64,000 bases of DNA from Vicinamibacteria bacterium (GCA_963555995.3 OY821641.1:1824001-1888000); one strand, 5' to 3'; positions 47,939 to 58,560 are shown, counted from the first letter of the stretch. The notes: generated from the sequence alone by a model not told the origin. Numbers and translations: made by a program.

Positions 47939-50053
47939 ATGCCTGACCAGCGATCCAAGACGATCACCGCCTACGAGGAGAAGCGGGATTTCGGACGGAC
48001 ACCCGAACCCCCCGCGGGCGGCGCCGCGGACGCCGGGACGCCCGGCGGCCGGCGCTTCGTGGTCCACCGCCACGAGGCGCGCCGCCTCCACTATGACCTG
48101 AGGCTGGAAATGCACGGCGTCCTCCGCTCCTGGGCGGTCCCGCGGGGCTTTTCCTACGACCCCGACGTGAAGAAGCTCGCCGTCCGGACCGAGGACCACC
48201 CGCTGGCCTACACGCACTTCGAGGGTGTGATCCCCGAGGGCGAGTACGGCGGCGGCACGATGGGCATCTGGGACCGGGGCGCCTACCGGATCACGGAAGG
48301 GGGCGAGGACCAGGGAGCCGCCGGCGTGGCCGCCGGGAAGCTCGTGGTCCTCCTGTCCGGCCGCAAGCTCCGCGGCGCCTGGCACCTGGTGAAGACGAAG
48401 CGGGGCCCGGACGAATGGCTGCTGTTCAAGGGGCGCGACCGCTACGCGCGCGCCGACGCGGAGCGGCAGCCCTTCTTCGACCTGAACGGCGCCACGCCCT
48501 GGACCGGCGAGCCCCCACCGGTTCCCGTGCTCCCCGAGGGCGAGCGGGAGCCGTTCACCGACCAGGACTGGATCTTCGAACCTCAACTCGAGGGCGTCCC
48601 CGTCTTCCTCGAACGCTCCGGGGCGCGGCTCCGGCTGACCCGCGGGGATGACGGCGCCGGGCTCGACCTGCCCGAGGTGCTGGCCGAGGCCGAAGCGGTG
48701 CGCGCGGAGCAGTTCCTCCTGGGCGGAACCCTGGTGAGCACGGACGAAGCCGAAAGGCCCTCGCCCGGGCGCCTGGCGGCGCGGCTCGACGGGGACCCGT
48801 CGGCGCCGGTCTCGCTCTACCTGAACGACCTGCTCCGCTACGAGGAATGGGACATCCGGGGCGTCCCCCTTCTCGAACGGAAGGAACTGCTCGCCACCCT
48901 GCTGCCGCCCGGCGGAACCCTGCTCTTCGGGGACCACGTCGCGGTCCGGGGAGAGGAGTTCCACACGGCCTGCGAAGCCGCCGGGCTGCCGGGAACCATC
49001 GCGCGCCGCGGCGGCGCGGCCTATCCGTCTCCCGGGACTCCCCCCGGCGACCGGGCCGCGGGTCCGGACTGCGTGCGCATCCCCTCACGCGGTACCGGGA
49101 CCCCGGACCCCGCCGAGCATCTGCTCGCGGGCCTCTCGCGCCAACGGGCGGTGCGCGAATCCGCGCAGCCGCTCCACTTCACGAACCTCGACAAGGTGTT
49201 CTGGCCCGATCACGGATACACCAAGGGCGACCTGATCCGCTACTACGACCGCGTCGCCGAACACCTCCTCCCCTACCTGCACGAACGCCCGTCGCACCTG
49301 CTCCGCTACCCCGACGGCGTGGGGGGCAAGGCGTTTTACCAGAAGGACCTGCCGGACCACACGCCGGACTGGATCGTCAGCGAAGAGATCCCGTCGGGAC
49401 ACCGGGGCGAAACGATCCGTTACCTCATCGTCAACGACGCGGCGGCGCTCCTCTACGCCGCCAACCTCGGGAGCATTGACATCCACCCCTGGCTTTCGCG
49501 CCGCACCCGGCAGGACACCCCCGACTGGGCGGTCTTCGACCTCGATCCCGGCGGCGGGCCGTTCGGCGACGTGGTGCGCCTCGCGCGGGCGTTCGGCAAG
49601 GTGCTCCGCGGGATCGGGCTCCGTCCCTGCCTGAAGACCTCGGGCGCCACCGGGCTCCACATCTACGTTCCCCTCGAACCGGTGTACCCCTACGAGGTGG
49701 TCCGGCAGTTCGCGGAGGCCGTCTCCACGCACGTCGCCGGGGAACACCGGGACATCGCGACCGTGGAACGAACCACCTCCCGGCGCCGGGGACGGGTCTA
49801 TCTCGACTTCCTGCAGAACCGGCGGGGGCAGACCGTGGTCCCTCCCTACGCCGCCCGTCCGGTTCCCGCGGCGTCGGTCTCGACCCCGCTGGACTGGGAC
49901 GAACTCGACGGGGACCTCCATCCCGGACGGTTCACCATCGCCAGCCTTCCCGAGCGGCTCGACCGGCTCGGGGACCTGTTCGCCGGCGCCCTCCACGACC
50001 GCCAGCCCCTCCTCCCGGCGATCGAGAAGTTCCGGGACCGGTACCTGTCCTAG
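47939..50053 (+). CDS. ligD: LigD-like NHEJ protein: phosphoesterase + degenerate ligase + primase/polymerase
   Basis: Phosphoesterase HEARRLHYDLRLE and EDHP..Y..FEG; polymerase DLDP, KTSG..GLH and YLDFLQN; ligase motif I reads EPQLEGVP. Confidence 0.85.
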   Translation: MPDQRSKTITAYEEKRDFGRTPEPPAGGAADAGTPGGRRFVVHRHEARRLHYDLRLEMHGVLRSWAVPRGFSYDPDVKKLAVRTEDHPLAYTHFEGVIPEGEYGGGTMGIWDRGAYRITEGGEDQGAAGVAAGKLVVLLSGRKLRGAWHLVKTKRGPDEWLLFKGRDRYARADAERQPFFDLNGATPWTGEPPPVPVLPEGEREPFTDQDWIFEPQLEGVPVFLERSGARLRLTRGDDGAGLDLPEVLAEAEAVRAEQFLLGGTLVSTDEAERPSPGRLAARLDGDPSAPVSLYLNDLLRYEEWDIRGVPLLERKELLATLLPPGGTLLFGDHVAVRGEEFHTACEAAGLPGTIARRGGAAYPSPGTPPGDRAAGPDCVRIPSRGTGTPDPAEHLLAGLSRQRAVRESAQPLHFTNLDKVFWPDHGYTKGDLIRYYDRVAEHLLPYLHERPSHLLRYPDGVGGKAFYQKDLPDHTPDWIVSEEIPSGHRGETIRYLIVNDAAALLYAANLGSIDIHPWLSRRTRQDTPDWAVFDLDPGGGPFGDVVRLARAFGKVLRGIGLRPCLKTSGATGLHIYVPLEPVYPYEVVRQFAEAVSTHVAGEHRDIATVERTTSRRRGRVYLDFLQNRRGQTVVPPYAARPVPAASVSTPLDWDELDGDLHPGRFTIASLPERLDRLGDLFAGALHDRQPLLPAIEKFRDRYLS

Positions 50054-50103
50054 CAACCCGCCGGAGCGGCGAGAGGGACTGCGTCCGCCGGGAGGGCGCC
50101 GGC

Positions 50104-50373
50104 GGCTTGGAGCGCCGGCTTCAGCCGGCACCCGCTGCGCGAGGCGCAGCGGAACGACGTACGCCTCCTGCCCACACGGCGCGTGGGGAGGCAAGGCGCC
50201 ATGAAAGAACCGGTGGTCAGCGTTCCCGGCCTTCGCGCCATCCCGGCAGATGAGATCCTTCCCGCCGCCCGCCTGCGGCGGGCTGTGCCGGCTGAAGCCG
50301 GCGCTCCCGGCCGGCAGCGCCATTCGCGCTCATTGGCGGCGGGCGGTGCCGGCTGAAGCCGGCGTTCCAAGCC
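50104..50373. repeat. REPIN-like element (type A, interior I) plus an extra arm
   Basis: Inverted pair at 50104-50310 and a third arm at about 50346-50373. Confidence 0.85.
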
Positions 50374-50425
50374 GGCGGCGCCATCGCGGGCGCTTGGCCG
50401 ATCCTGGGGTTTACCGGGCGACCCC

Positions 50426-52573
50426 TTACCGGGGATCGCCGAGCCCGGCGAGGCGGTCCCGGACGCCCTGCTGTCCCGGATTGAGCTCCAGCGAGCGCTC
50501 GAACATCTCCCGCGCCCGTTCGCCGTCGCCGACCTGCTCGTGGCAGTCCCCCAGCGCGTTCAGGAGCGACGGGTCCGCCGCGCGCAGGGTGAGGGCATGC
50601 GTGAGTCGCGGCAGCGCCTCGTCGCACTCCCCCCGAATGTAGTAGGCGAAGCCCACTCCCTCGGTCACCTCGATCTCGTTCGGGTAGTCCGCCTCGATCG
50701 GGAGCAGCAGATCGAGCGCCTCGTTCGCTTCCCCGGTGAAGAGCAGGGCGCTCGCGAGCTTCCACTTCGCCATCGGCAGGTCCGGATTCGCCGTGGCCTC
50801 CCGGAAGGCGACGGTGGCTTCCGGAATCCGCCCGTGGGCCATGAACTGGTCGCCGAGCGCCAGCGCGAGCAACCCCGGGAAATGGGTCGCGAAGGACCGG
50901 CGGACGATGAATCCGGGCCGATCCACGGCCGCCCGCGGCGAGACCAGCAGCGGAGCGTCGCGGGAGGCGATCACCTCGCCGGCGCCGTCCAGCAGGTCCG
51001 CCGTCACCCGATACCTTCCGGCGCCGAGTTCCGCCAGCGGGAACTCCTCGATGGCGGGCGCATCCGCGCTCCCCGCGGCCACGGTCCGCTCCACGAGCGG
51101 ACTGGCCGAAACGAGCTCCTCCTCGCCGAGGCCGGCATCCGGAACGATGCGAAACCGGGTCCGATGCTCGCCACCCGCATTCACCGGCTGGGCGGCGACG
51201 CTCAGCAGGTCGCGGGAGGCGAAGATTCCCGCGACGGCCGGCTCCATCACGGTCGAGCCGAACTGAAAGGTCCCGAAGCGCAGGCCCGACAACTCGGACT
51301 CCCGCTCCGTCCGGTACGCGAGGACGAGATCGGCCAGACCCACCGAGCCGGCCCCGGTCGCCGGAACCCGCACCTCGGAACTCGCCACCGTGTACTGCTG
51401 CGTGGCCCGGTTCCGCACGATGACGCTCACCTCGTATTCCCCGGGAATCACCGGCAGGTTGTCCCGGTAGGCAAAGGGACTGCCGCCGGCGCTCCGCTGC
51501 TGGCTTTCGGTGAGGCGGATCTGGGGCTGGTTCCGGTGCATGGCCACGAGCTGGCCGTCCATCGTCCGCAGTTCCAGGTCCACGTCCAGGGTCGTCTGGT
51601 ACACGTTCTCGCGATCATCGAATTCCAGCGCGAAATCCTCGGGAGCGAGCTTGACGCTGTAGTGGATGAACGGGGTGTTCCGGGGCCCCAGGAGCACCCG
51701 GAAGTCCGCCTCGCTCTTCACGAACCGGAACGAGTACTCGGCGGTCACCCGGTCGCCGTACCGGAGATAGCCCTCGATCTCCTCGAGATCCACGATCTTG
51801 TGGGGAGACTCGGTGATGTCGATGAGATTCTTGTCCACGCTCATCGAAGGCCGCACGGTGTCGAGCCGGGGGGAGATCGTGTTGGTGGCCGAGAGGAAGT
51901 CGGCGTGCGGGTCCGTGAGGTCCACTACCAGGGTGGCGCGCGCCAGGTCCATGGAGACCATTTCGAGGATGTCCACGGCGGCGTGCTGGCGGTTGCGGAG
52001 CAGCTCTCCCCGCCGGACCAGCGCGTCGGGTCCGTCGGACCACGGGTGATAGAGCTCGTACTCGCCGATGTCCTCCCTCTTGAAGAACAGGAGGTTGAAA
52101 CGGGGAGGCAATCCGACCGAGGTGTCCCCCTGGTAGATCCAGAGGTCGGCGCTTACGATCTCGTTCCGTCCGTCGAACTGCTCCCGGGTGCGGGGTTCGC
52201 CGAGGATGATCCAGAAGCGACCCCGGTCCGTCTGCCACCCCGGCCGGGGAGCGTCCCGCCCGAGATACCGGTTGGCGTAGTCGAGCCGCTCGTAGTGCTC
52301 GGTCCGGAACTCGTTCTCCTTCGTGGCCGGCACGGGGTCCCGCCGCAGCCAGAACGCCTCGATGAAGTGCTCGCGCTCCTCGAAGCCCTCCACCCCCAGG
52401 AACACCTCCCGCTCGGCCTCGGTGATGATGTACACGACCTCTTCCTCGAGCCACACCCGGTGCTCCTCCGGCAGGCGGTCCACCCGCTCATCCGCTCCGG
52501 CCAGAGCCGCAACCGACACCGCGACCGCGGCGAGCGGCAACTTGAACAACAACAGGCGAGCGAAGGAAGTCAT
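50426..52573 (-). CDS. GWxTD domain protein with C-terminal TPRs
   Basis: WLEEEVVYII, FW..RDP, GWQTDRGRFWIILGEP; TPR tail. Confidence 0.9.
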   Translation of the reverse strand: MTSFARLLLFKLPLAAVAVSVAALAGADERVDRLPEEHRVWLEEEVVYIITEAEREVFLGVEGFEEREHFIEAFWLRRDPVPATKENEFRTEHYERLDYANRYLGRDAPRPGWQTDRGRFWIILGEPRTREQFDGRNEIVSADLWIYQGDTSVGLPPRFNLLFFKREDIGEYELYHPWSDGPDALVRRGELLRNRQHAAVDILEMVSMDLARATLVVDLTDPHADFLSATNTISPRLDTVRPSMSVDKNLIDITESPHKIVDLEEIEGYLRYGDRVTAEYSFRFVKSEADFRVLLGPRNTPFIHYSVKLAPEDFALEFDDRENVYQTTLDVDLELRTMDGQLVAMHRNQPQIRLTESQQRSAGGSPFAYRDNLPVIPGEYEVSVIVRNRATQQYTVASSEVRVPATGAGSVGLADLVLAYRTERESELSGLRFGTFQFGSTVMEPAVAGIFASRDLLSVAAQPVNAGGEHRTRFRIVPDAGLGEEELVSASPLVERTVAAGSADAPAIEEFPLAELGAGRYRVTADLLDGAGEVIASRDAPLLVSPRAAVDRPGFIVRRSFATHFPGLLALALGDQFMAHGRIPEATVAFREATANPDLPMAKWKLASALLFTGEANEALDLLLPIEADYPNEIEVTEGVGFAYYIRGECDEALPRLTHALTLRAADPSLLNALGDCHEQVGDGERAREMFERSLELNPGQQGVRDRLAGLGDPR

Positions 52574-52719
52574 TGGCAGCGGCGAGGGTTTCGGTCGCGC
52601 CCGGCCACCCCGGCGCCCCTCACGAGTGAGCCTACCGCGCCGTCCGCCAGCGCCGCAACGGAACCGCTGGCCACCCCGTCCGTGAGCCGCACTAGAATCG
52701 CCGCCGGAGGACGCACCCG

Positions 52720-53235
52720 ATGACCCATTTCCCCAGGCACCGACTGGTTCCGGTACTCGCCGCCGCCCTGGCGGTCGCCACGATCGCGCTCGCGCACAAC
52801 CCGCGCGGCAAGGCCGAGGCGAGCTTCAACGGCAAGGCGGTGAGCGTGGAGTACGGCCGGCCGAGCCTGAACGGCCGGGACATGCTCGCGCAGGCGACGC
52901 CCGGCATGGTGTGGCGGCTCGGTTCCGAGAACGCCACCACCATCACCACCGAGGGCGACCTGATGATCGGCAGCAACATGGCGGCTGCCGGCGCCTACAG
53001 CCTGTTCGCGCAGAAGACCGACGACGGCTGGGACCTGCTGGTGAACAGCGAGACCGGACAGTCCGGCCTCGCGCACGATCCCGAAAAGGACCTCTTCAGC
53101 GCTCCGCTGAAGGTCGAGAAGGCGGACGACTCCGCCGAGATGTTCACGATCACCCTCATGGCGGACGGGATGAACGGCACCCTGAAGATGCAGTGGGGGA
53201 GCACCGCGCTCGTCACCGACCTGATGGTCCACTGA
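52720..53235 (+). CDS. DUF2911 family secreted protein
   Basis: VEYGRPSLNGR, WRLGSENAT and AGAYSLF; signal peptide; TAGAAT upstream at about 52693. Confidence 0.85.
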   Translation: MTHFPRHRLVPVLAAALAVATIALAHNPRGKAEASFNGKAVSVEYGRPSLNGRDMLAQATPGMVWRLGSENATTITTEGDLMIGSNMAAAGAYSLFAQKTDDGWDLLVNSETGQSGLAHDPEKDLFSAPLKVEKADDSAEMFTITLMADGMNGTLKMQWGSTALVTDLMVH

Positions 53236-53410
53236 CGAGGGCCGTACCCCGACGGCCGGAACCCCCGCAGGGGTTGCGGCGTATCTCACCCACCGGATAC
53301 GCTCCCCCGTTGAGCCAATTGATGACAGGAAAGGTACTGGCGAACGCGCCGGCCGTCACTCCGCAGTCGCTCGCGAGACCCGAGCACCCACACGATCAGG
53401 GAGAACCCCG

Positions 53411-54598
53411 ATGAAGACCACGCGTCGCAGTTTCCTCAGTCTGGCGCCCGCCGCCGGCAGCGCCGCATCCCTCCATGCGATCAGCGCCCGGGGCCGGGAG
53501 GCCTGGGAGGCCGAGAACGGCTTCCGGGGCGGGCCGGTCTTCGTCCCTCCCCCCGAGGACGACGAGATCCGGATCAGCAGCAACGAGAACCCACTGGGAC
53601 CGGGGCCGGCCGCGGTGGCGGCGCTCCGGGACGCCTACGGATCCATCATGCGCTATCCGATGAACGCACGGGTCAGCGGGACCGACCTCCGCAGCAAGCT
53701 CGGGGAGATGCACGGGGGCAAGGCCGGGAACGTGGTGCTCTCGGCCGGGTCCGGGGAGATCCTGCGGACCGCGGTCCGCGTCTATACCGGCCCCGACCGG
53801 CCGCTGGTCACCGCGGAATGCTCCTACGAGAGCCCGGTACGGGCCGCCCGCTACTTCGGCGCCTCCGTCAAGGCCCTCCCCCTGACCGGCGGCCTCGGAC
53901 TCGACCTCGACAAGATGGCGGGAGCGGCGATCGGCGCCGGGCTCGTCTTCCTCTGCAACCCCAACAACCCGACCGGCACCGTCCATTCCCTCGCCGACGT
54001 GACGGACTTCGTGAACTTCGTCAAGAAGGAGTCGCCCTACACCGCCATCCTGCTCGACGAGGCCTACTACGACTACGCCTCGCATCCGGGCTTCGACACC
54101 GGCGCCGGACTCGCGATGGAGCACCGCGACGTGTTCGTGGCGCGGACCTTCTCGAAGGCCTTCGGGATGGCCGGCCTCCGGATCGGCTACGGCTTCGGGC
54201 AGGCGGACACCATCGCAAAGCTCGCGCCGCTGCAGCTCACCTTCGGCACCTCCGTCCTCTCCATCGCCGCGGCGATGGGATCGCTCGAGGATCCGGACTA
54301 CATCAAGAAGGAAATTCAGCGGAACGAAGCCGCCCGCAAGCTCACCCACGACTTCTTCTCGGGCCATGGCCTCGATCCGGTCCCCAGCAACACGAACTTC
54401 ATCTTCGTGAACATCGGCCGGCCGGCGAAGGAGTTCCGCGAGGCCTGCGCCGAGCGGGGCATCATGGTGGGGCGGGACTTCCCTCCCTACGAGAACACCC
54501 ACGCCCGCATCTCGATCGGCACCCTCGAGGAAATGCAGCGCGCCACCGCGGTCTTCGCGGAAGTGCTCGGCCTCGCCACCGCGGATCAACAACAGTAG
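53411..54598 (+). CDS. Class I/II PLP aminotransferase (HisC-like) with a Tat signal
   Basis: TRRSFL; SNENPLG, CNPNNPTG, DEAY and RTFSKAFGMAGLRIG. Confidence 0.9.
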   Translation: MKTTRRSFLSLAPAAGSAASLHAISARGREAWEAENGFRGGPVFVPPPEDDEIRISSNENPLGPGPAAVAALRDAYGSIMRYPMNARVSGTDLRSKLGEMHGGKAGNVVLSAGSGEILRTAVRVYTGPDRPLVTAECSYESPVRAARYFGASVKALPLTGGLGLDLDKMAGAAIGAGLVFLCNPNNPTGTVHSLADVTDFVNFVKKESPYTAILLDEAYYDYASHPGFDTGAGLAMEHRDVFVARTFSKAFGMAGLRIGYGFGQADTIAKLAPLQLTFGTSVLSIAAAMGSLEDPDYIKKEIQRNEAARKLTHDFFSGHGLDPVPSNTNFIFVNIGRPAKEFREACAERGIMVGRDFPPYENTHARISIGTLEEMQRATAVFAEVLGLATADQQQ

Positions 54599-54655
54599 TT
54601 TCAGCCCATCAGCGAAGAATCCGAGATCCCCCCGCTACGAGGAGGTAGCCACCCC

Positions 54656-55831
54656 ATGCTCTCCCGCCGCAGTTTCCTGAGTCATGCCTCCGCCGGCGCC
54701 GCCGGCCTCTACGCCGCCACCTTCGTGCGCTCGCGTCTGCGCGAGCAGTACGCCTTCGCCGCCGAAATGGGGATTGCCCCCGAAGAGGCGATCAACCTGG
54801 CCAACAACGAGAACTCGCTCGGCCCCGGCGATTTCGTGATGGACGCTCTCGACTCGGTGATCGGTCCCGAAGGCGTGATCGCCGGCCGGTATCCGTTCCG
54901 TTTCACCGGCCCGCTGCGGGAGGCGATCGCCGAGAAGTCGGGCGTCAAGCCGGAGAACGTCCTCGTCGGCGCCGGCTCCACGCAGATCCTGGTGGACTGC
55001 ACGCACCAGTACGCGAGCCGGGAGAAGGCGCTCGTCGGGTCCCTCCCGACCTACGAGGAGTGCTTCGGCTATGCGGCGCTCATGGGCTACCGGACCAAGG
55101 CGGTGCCGCTGACCGCCGACTTCAAGATGGATCTCGACCAGACGCTCCACGCCTGCAAGGGAAGCGGGATGCTCTTCTACTGCAACCCGAACAACCCGGT
55201 GGCGACGCTCGTGGACCCGGCGCAGGGCAAGGACTTCCTGATGCGGGCGCTCGACGTGGAGAAGAACCTCCGCATCCTGGTGGACGAGGCCTACATTGAC
55301 TACGTGACCACGCCGGGCCACGAGACCATGATCCCGACCGCCATCGAGAACCCGCGGCTCATCGTGGCGCGCACCTTCTCGAAGGCCTACGGAATGGCCG
55401 GGCTCCGGGTCGGTTACGCGATCGCCCACGAGGACACCATCGCGGAACTCGACGAGTTCCACCTGGGCAACTCGGTGAGCACCCCGGCGCTGGTCGCCGC
55501 CAACGCCGCCCTCGAGCGCGACAAGGCGGACCCCGACTACCTCCCGAACGAGAAGAAGCGGAACGCCGAGGCGCGGGACTTCATCATCAAGTTCTTCGCC
55601 GACCGCGGCCTGAGCGCCACCGACGCCCAGACGAACTTCATCTTCGTGGACGTGGGGATGCCAATCGAGCAGTTCCAGGCGGCCTGCGCCGCCGAAGGCG
55701 TCCGCGTCGGCCGGCCGTTCCCCCCGCTGTGGACCCGCTGCCGCATCTCCATCGGCACGATGGACGAGATGCAGCGCGGCGCCGCCAAGATGGCCACGGT
55801 CCTCGACGCCGCCCAGAAGCTGGCCGCGTAA
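54656..55831 (+). CDS. Class I/II PLP aminotransferase (HisC-like) with a Tat signal, tandem paralog
   Basis: SRRSFL; NNENSLG, CNPNNP, DEAY and RTFSKAYGMAGLRVG. Confidence 0.9.
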   Translation: MLSRRSFLSHASAGAAGLYAATFVRSRLREQYAFAAEMGIAPEEAINLANNENSLGPGDFVMDALDSVIGPEGVIAGRYPFRFTGPLREAIAEKSGVKPENVLVGAGSTQILVDCTHQYASREKALVGSLPTYEECFGYAALMGYRTKAVPLTADFKMDLDQTLHACKGSGMLFYCNPNNPVATLVDPAQGKDFLMRALDVEKNLRILVDEAYIDYVTTPGHETMIPTAIENPRLIVARTFSKAYGMAGLRVGYAIAHEDTIAELDEFHLGNSVSTPALVAANAALERDKADPDYLPNEKKRNAEARDFIIKFFADRGLSATDAQTNFIFVDVGMPIEQFQAACAAEGVRVGRPFPPLWTRCRISIGTMDEMQRGAAKMATVLDAAQKLAA

Positions 55832-55832
55832 C

Positions 55833-56082
55833 GGCTTGGAACGCCGGTCTCCAGACCGGCACCAGCGGCGCTCCGCGCCGCGCACGGCCTGACGCCACCG
55901 GCGCCGGGCGGCTTCCCCGGCTTGGAACGCCGGCTTCAGCCGGCACCGCGGGCCGAAGGCCCGCGGATGTCCTCTCCCCGTCGCGGTGATGTGACGCGAG
56001 CCAGGCATCACCGGGCAGGTCACCTTGGTGCCGCCCGCTGCGCTCCGCGCAGCGGTGCCGGCTGAAGCCGGCGCTCCAAGCC
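55833..56082. repeat. Type-B arm followed by a REPIN-like element (type A, interior II)
   Basis: Arm begins right after the TAA; inverted pair at 55919-56082. Confidence 0.85.
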
Positions 56083-56180
56083 GGCGGCGTCCTCACAGCT
56101 ACTGACGGCGCGCCGGAGGCGCACACGACTTACTCTGACGACGCGCCACAACGAAACGCCAACTCTTGCCTGGCATGGTA

Positions 56181-56212
56181 GATTCCTCCGTCAAATCCTC
56201 CAAGGAGGAATC
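56181..56212 (+). promoter_or_regulatory. Inverted repeat covering the vapB Shine-Dalgarno (operator or RBS-occluding hairpin)
   Basis: GATTCCTCC (56181-56189) is the reverse complement of GGAGGAATC (56204-56212). Confidence 0.5.
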
Positions 56213-56214
56213 AC

Positions 56215-56469
56215 ATGCCGCTGAACATCAAGGACTCCGAAACTCACACCCTGGCGAAGCAGCTAGCCGGGGTTACCGGAGAAACCCTGACCCAGGCTGT
56301 CCGCCAGGCGATTCACGAGCGCCTCGCTCGCGCCCGGACGGTTCACGATGCGACTTCGCTCGCGGGCGAACTGGACCGCATCGCACTCCACTGCGCGCGC
56401 CTGCCGCGACGTGACACCCGCAGCGCCGACGACATCATCGGATACGACGAGCGAGGCATCCCTCTGTGA
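56215..56469 (+). CDS. vapB: VapB antitoxin (Rv0623-like)
   Basis: MPLNIKD..LA..LA..TGETLT.AV...IIGYDERG. Confidence 0.88.
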   Translation: MPLNIKDSETHTLAKQLAGVTGETLTQAVRQAIHERLARARTVHDATSLAGELDRIALHCARLPRRDTRSADDIIGYDERGIPL

Positions 56470-56867
56470 TCGTGCTCGACTCATCGGCGCTGGTCGCCAT
56501 CCTGAGTGACGAGCCCGAGCGGCGCGCTCTCAACGAACGGATCGCGGAGGCCGCCGAGGTCCGTATCAGTGCGGCGAATCTCCTCGAGGCGCGGATCGTC
56601 CTGTTCGCCCGCTACGGCGAGGACGCCGTCCGGGATCTGGACGCTTTTCTGCTCCGCAGCGGGACGACCGTCGTGGAGGTATCCCCCCGAAACGCCGACG
56701 TGGCATTTGATGCCTACCGGCGGTACGGTCGAGGTACCGGCCACCCGGCGAGACTCAACTACGGCGACTGCTTCGCGTACGCATTGGCGAAGCAGTCCGG
56801 CGCCCCGCTTCTGTTCAAGGGCGACGATTTTTCGCAAACCGACATTCCGGCCGCAGCTTCCTCCTGA
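56466..56867 (+). CDS. vapC: VapC PIN-domain toxin
   Basis: VLDSSALVAIL..EPE, LNYGDCFAYA and LLFKGDDF. Confidence 0.92.
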   Translation: MIVLDSSALVAILSDEPERRALNERIAEAAEVRISAANLLEARIVLFARYGEDAVRDLDAFLLRSGTTVVEVSPRNADVAFDAYRRYGRGTGHPARLNYGDCFAYALAKQSGAPLLFKGDDFSQTDIPAAASS

Positions 56868-57014
56868 AAGACACCCGACAGTGGAGCCCTCCGTCGGTCG
56901 GCGCCTCGTGTTGAGGGTCACGGCGCCCAAGGCAGCCGGTGGCCGCTTGCCATCCCGGACTCGAAACCCGCATCGTTAGCCCGGTCGCGCGCTTCGCGGC
57001 CCAGGAGGCAGACC

Positions 57015-58484
57015 ATGATCCGTCGAACCATCGCAATCGTCATCCCGCTGCTGCTCGCGGCCACCTTCGCGACCGCCCAGCCCGGCGTCCACTCCTCGAG
57101 CAGCGGAGGCGAGGTCATGCGTCTCCTCCGGCGGGACAAGCTCGACCTGATCCTGCCCGGCGCCATGCGCGACAACGGCGTGGACATGTGGGTCCACGTC
57201 ACCCGTCACGGCGACCCCGACCCGATGGCCTACTGGTTCGGGAACACCTACGGCTACCTCGTCTTCACCGACCTCGGCGACCGGATCGAACGGGCGGCCT
57301 TCGGGAGCGCCGGAGCGGTGGAGGACATTGATGTCCGGGGTTCCGACGACTTCGCCCGCACCATCTCCAGCTACGGCCGCGGCTACCAGATGGCGTTCCA
57401 CTACGGCGACGAGGTGTACGACGAGTTCACCGAATTCGTCGCCGAGCGGGACCCGCAGACGATCGCCGTGAATACCTCCGAATGGCTGGCCGAGGCCGAC
57501 GGGCTGTCCCACACCTCGTACCTGAAGCTGGTGAAGATCCTGGGCCCCACCTACGCCGACCGCATCGTCTCCGCCGAAAACGTCATCAACGACTTCCTGG
57601 TGCGGCGGACGGTCCGCGAAGTGGCCGAGCAGATCAACAACCTCGAGGCCGCCCGCCAGCTCACCCAGGAGGCCCTCGCCCGGATCGAGCCGGGCCGCAC
57701 CACGATCCGGGAGATCACCACCTGGGCCCGGGAGTGGGCCTACGACCGCCACCTGGCCGGATTCAGCACCGGAGGACGGGGCGGCATCCGCCTCTACTAC
57801 ACCGCGGTGTCCGAGGATCCGCCCTACCCGCCGGACGCCCGCTACTGGATCTGGCACGAGGACTACGTCTTCCAGCGCGGCGACTTCTTCGCCTTCAACG
57901 TCGGGGTCAACTACATGGGCTTCGGCACCGACACGAAGACCCACGCCTACATCCTGCGCGAGGGCGAGACCGCGCCTCCGGAGAGCATCCAGAAGCTCTT
58001 CGATCTCGCGATCGCCGGCCAGTGGATCATGCGGCCCCACATGCGGGTGGGCATGACGGCCAAGGAGTCGCTCGACGCCATGGTCGCGGCCATGGAGGAG
58101 GCGGGCTACATCTATACCCCGTTCGTCAACTCCGGCATCCAGGGGGTCGGCCGGACCCCCGACGGCGAAAGGAACCTCGACTACGTGATCATCCAGGAAG
58201 GGCTCGGCGACGGCGACCAGCCCGGTTTCGCCATTGACCACCACGCCTACGGCACGGTGGGCACCGGAACCGTCGGCCCCTCGGTGACGAATTTCCGCGC
58301 CGACCGGCACCACCTGGTGATCCAGGAGAACCACCTCTTCGCGTATGAGTACATGGTGCACATGAACATCCCCGAACGGCCCGGGTTTCCCCTGGCGATC
58401 AACATCTCGAACCCGCACGTCGTGACCAGCAAGGGCATCGAGTGGCTCCAGCCGCCGAACGAGAAGATCTTCCTCATCAACTGA
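57015..58484 (+). CDS. M24 (Xaa-Pro aminopeptidase-like) family secreted protein
   Basis: Signal peptide; MRDNGVDMW, GDFFAFNVGVNYMGFGTD...AY and HHAYG; metal ligands look partly divergent. Confidence 0.7.
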   Translation: MIRRTIAIVIPLLLAATFATAQPGVHSSSSGGEVMRLLRRDKLDLILPGAMRDNGVDMWVHVTRHGDPDPMAYWFGNTYGYLVFTDLGDRIERAAFGSAGAVEDIDVRGSDDFARTISSYGRGYQMAFHYGDEVYDEFTEFVAERDPQTIAVNTSEWLAEADGLSHTSYLKLVKILGPTYADRIVSAENVINDFLVRRTVREVAEQINNLEAARQLTQEALARIEPGRTTIREITTWAREWAYDRHLAGFSTGGRGGIRLYYTAVSEDPPYPPDARYWIWHEDYVFQRGDFFAFNVGVNYMGFGTDTKTHAYILREGETAPPESIQKLFDLAIAGQWIMRPHMRVGMTAKESLDAMVAAMEEAGYIYTPFVNSGIQGVGRTPDGERNLDYVIIQEGLGDGDQPGFAIDHHAYGTVGTGTVGPSVTNFRADRHHLVIQENHLFAYEYMVHMNIPERPGFPLAINISNPHVVTSKGIEWLQPPNEKIFLIN

Positions 58485-58560
58485 CCGGTCTAGCGTCGGC
58501 TGGCGCCGCCAGATGCGCGCGTCCTCCCGCGCACCCGGCCGGTCATCAAAACGGCAAAAG

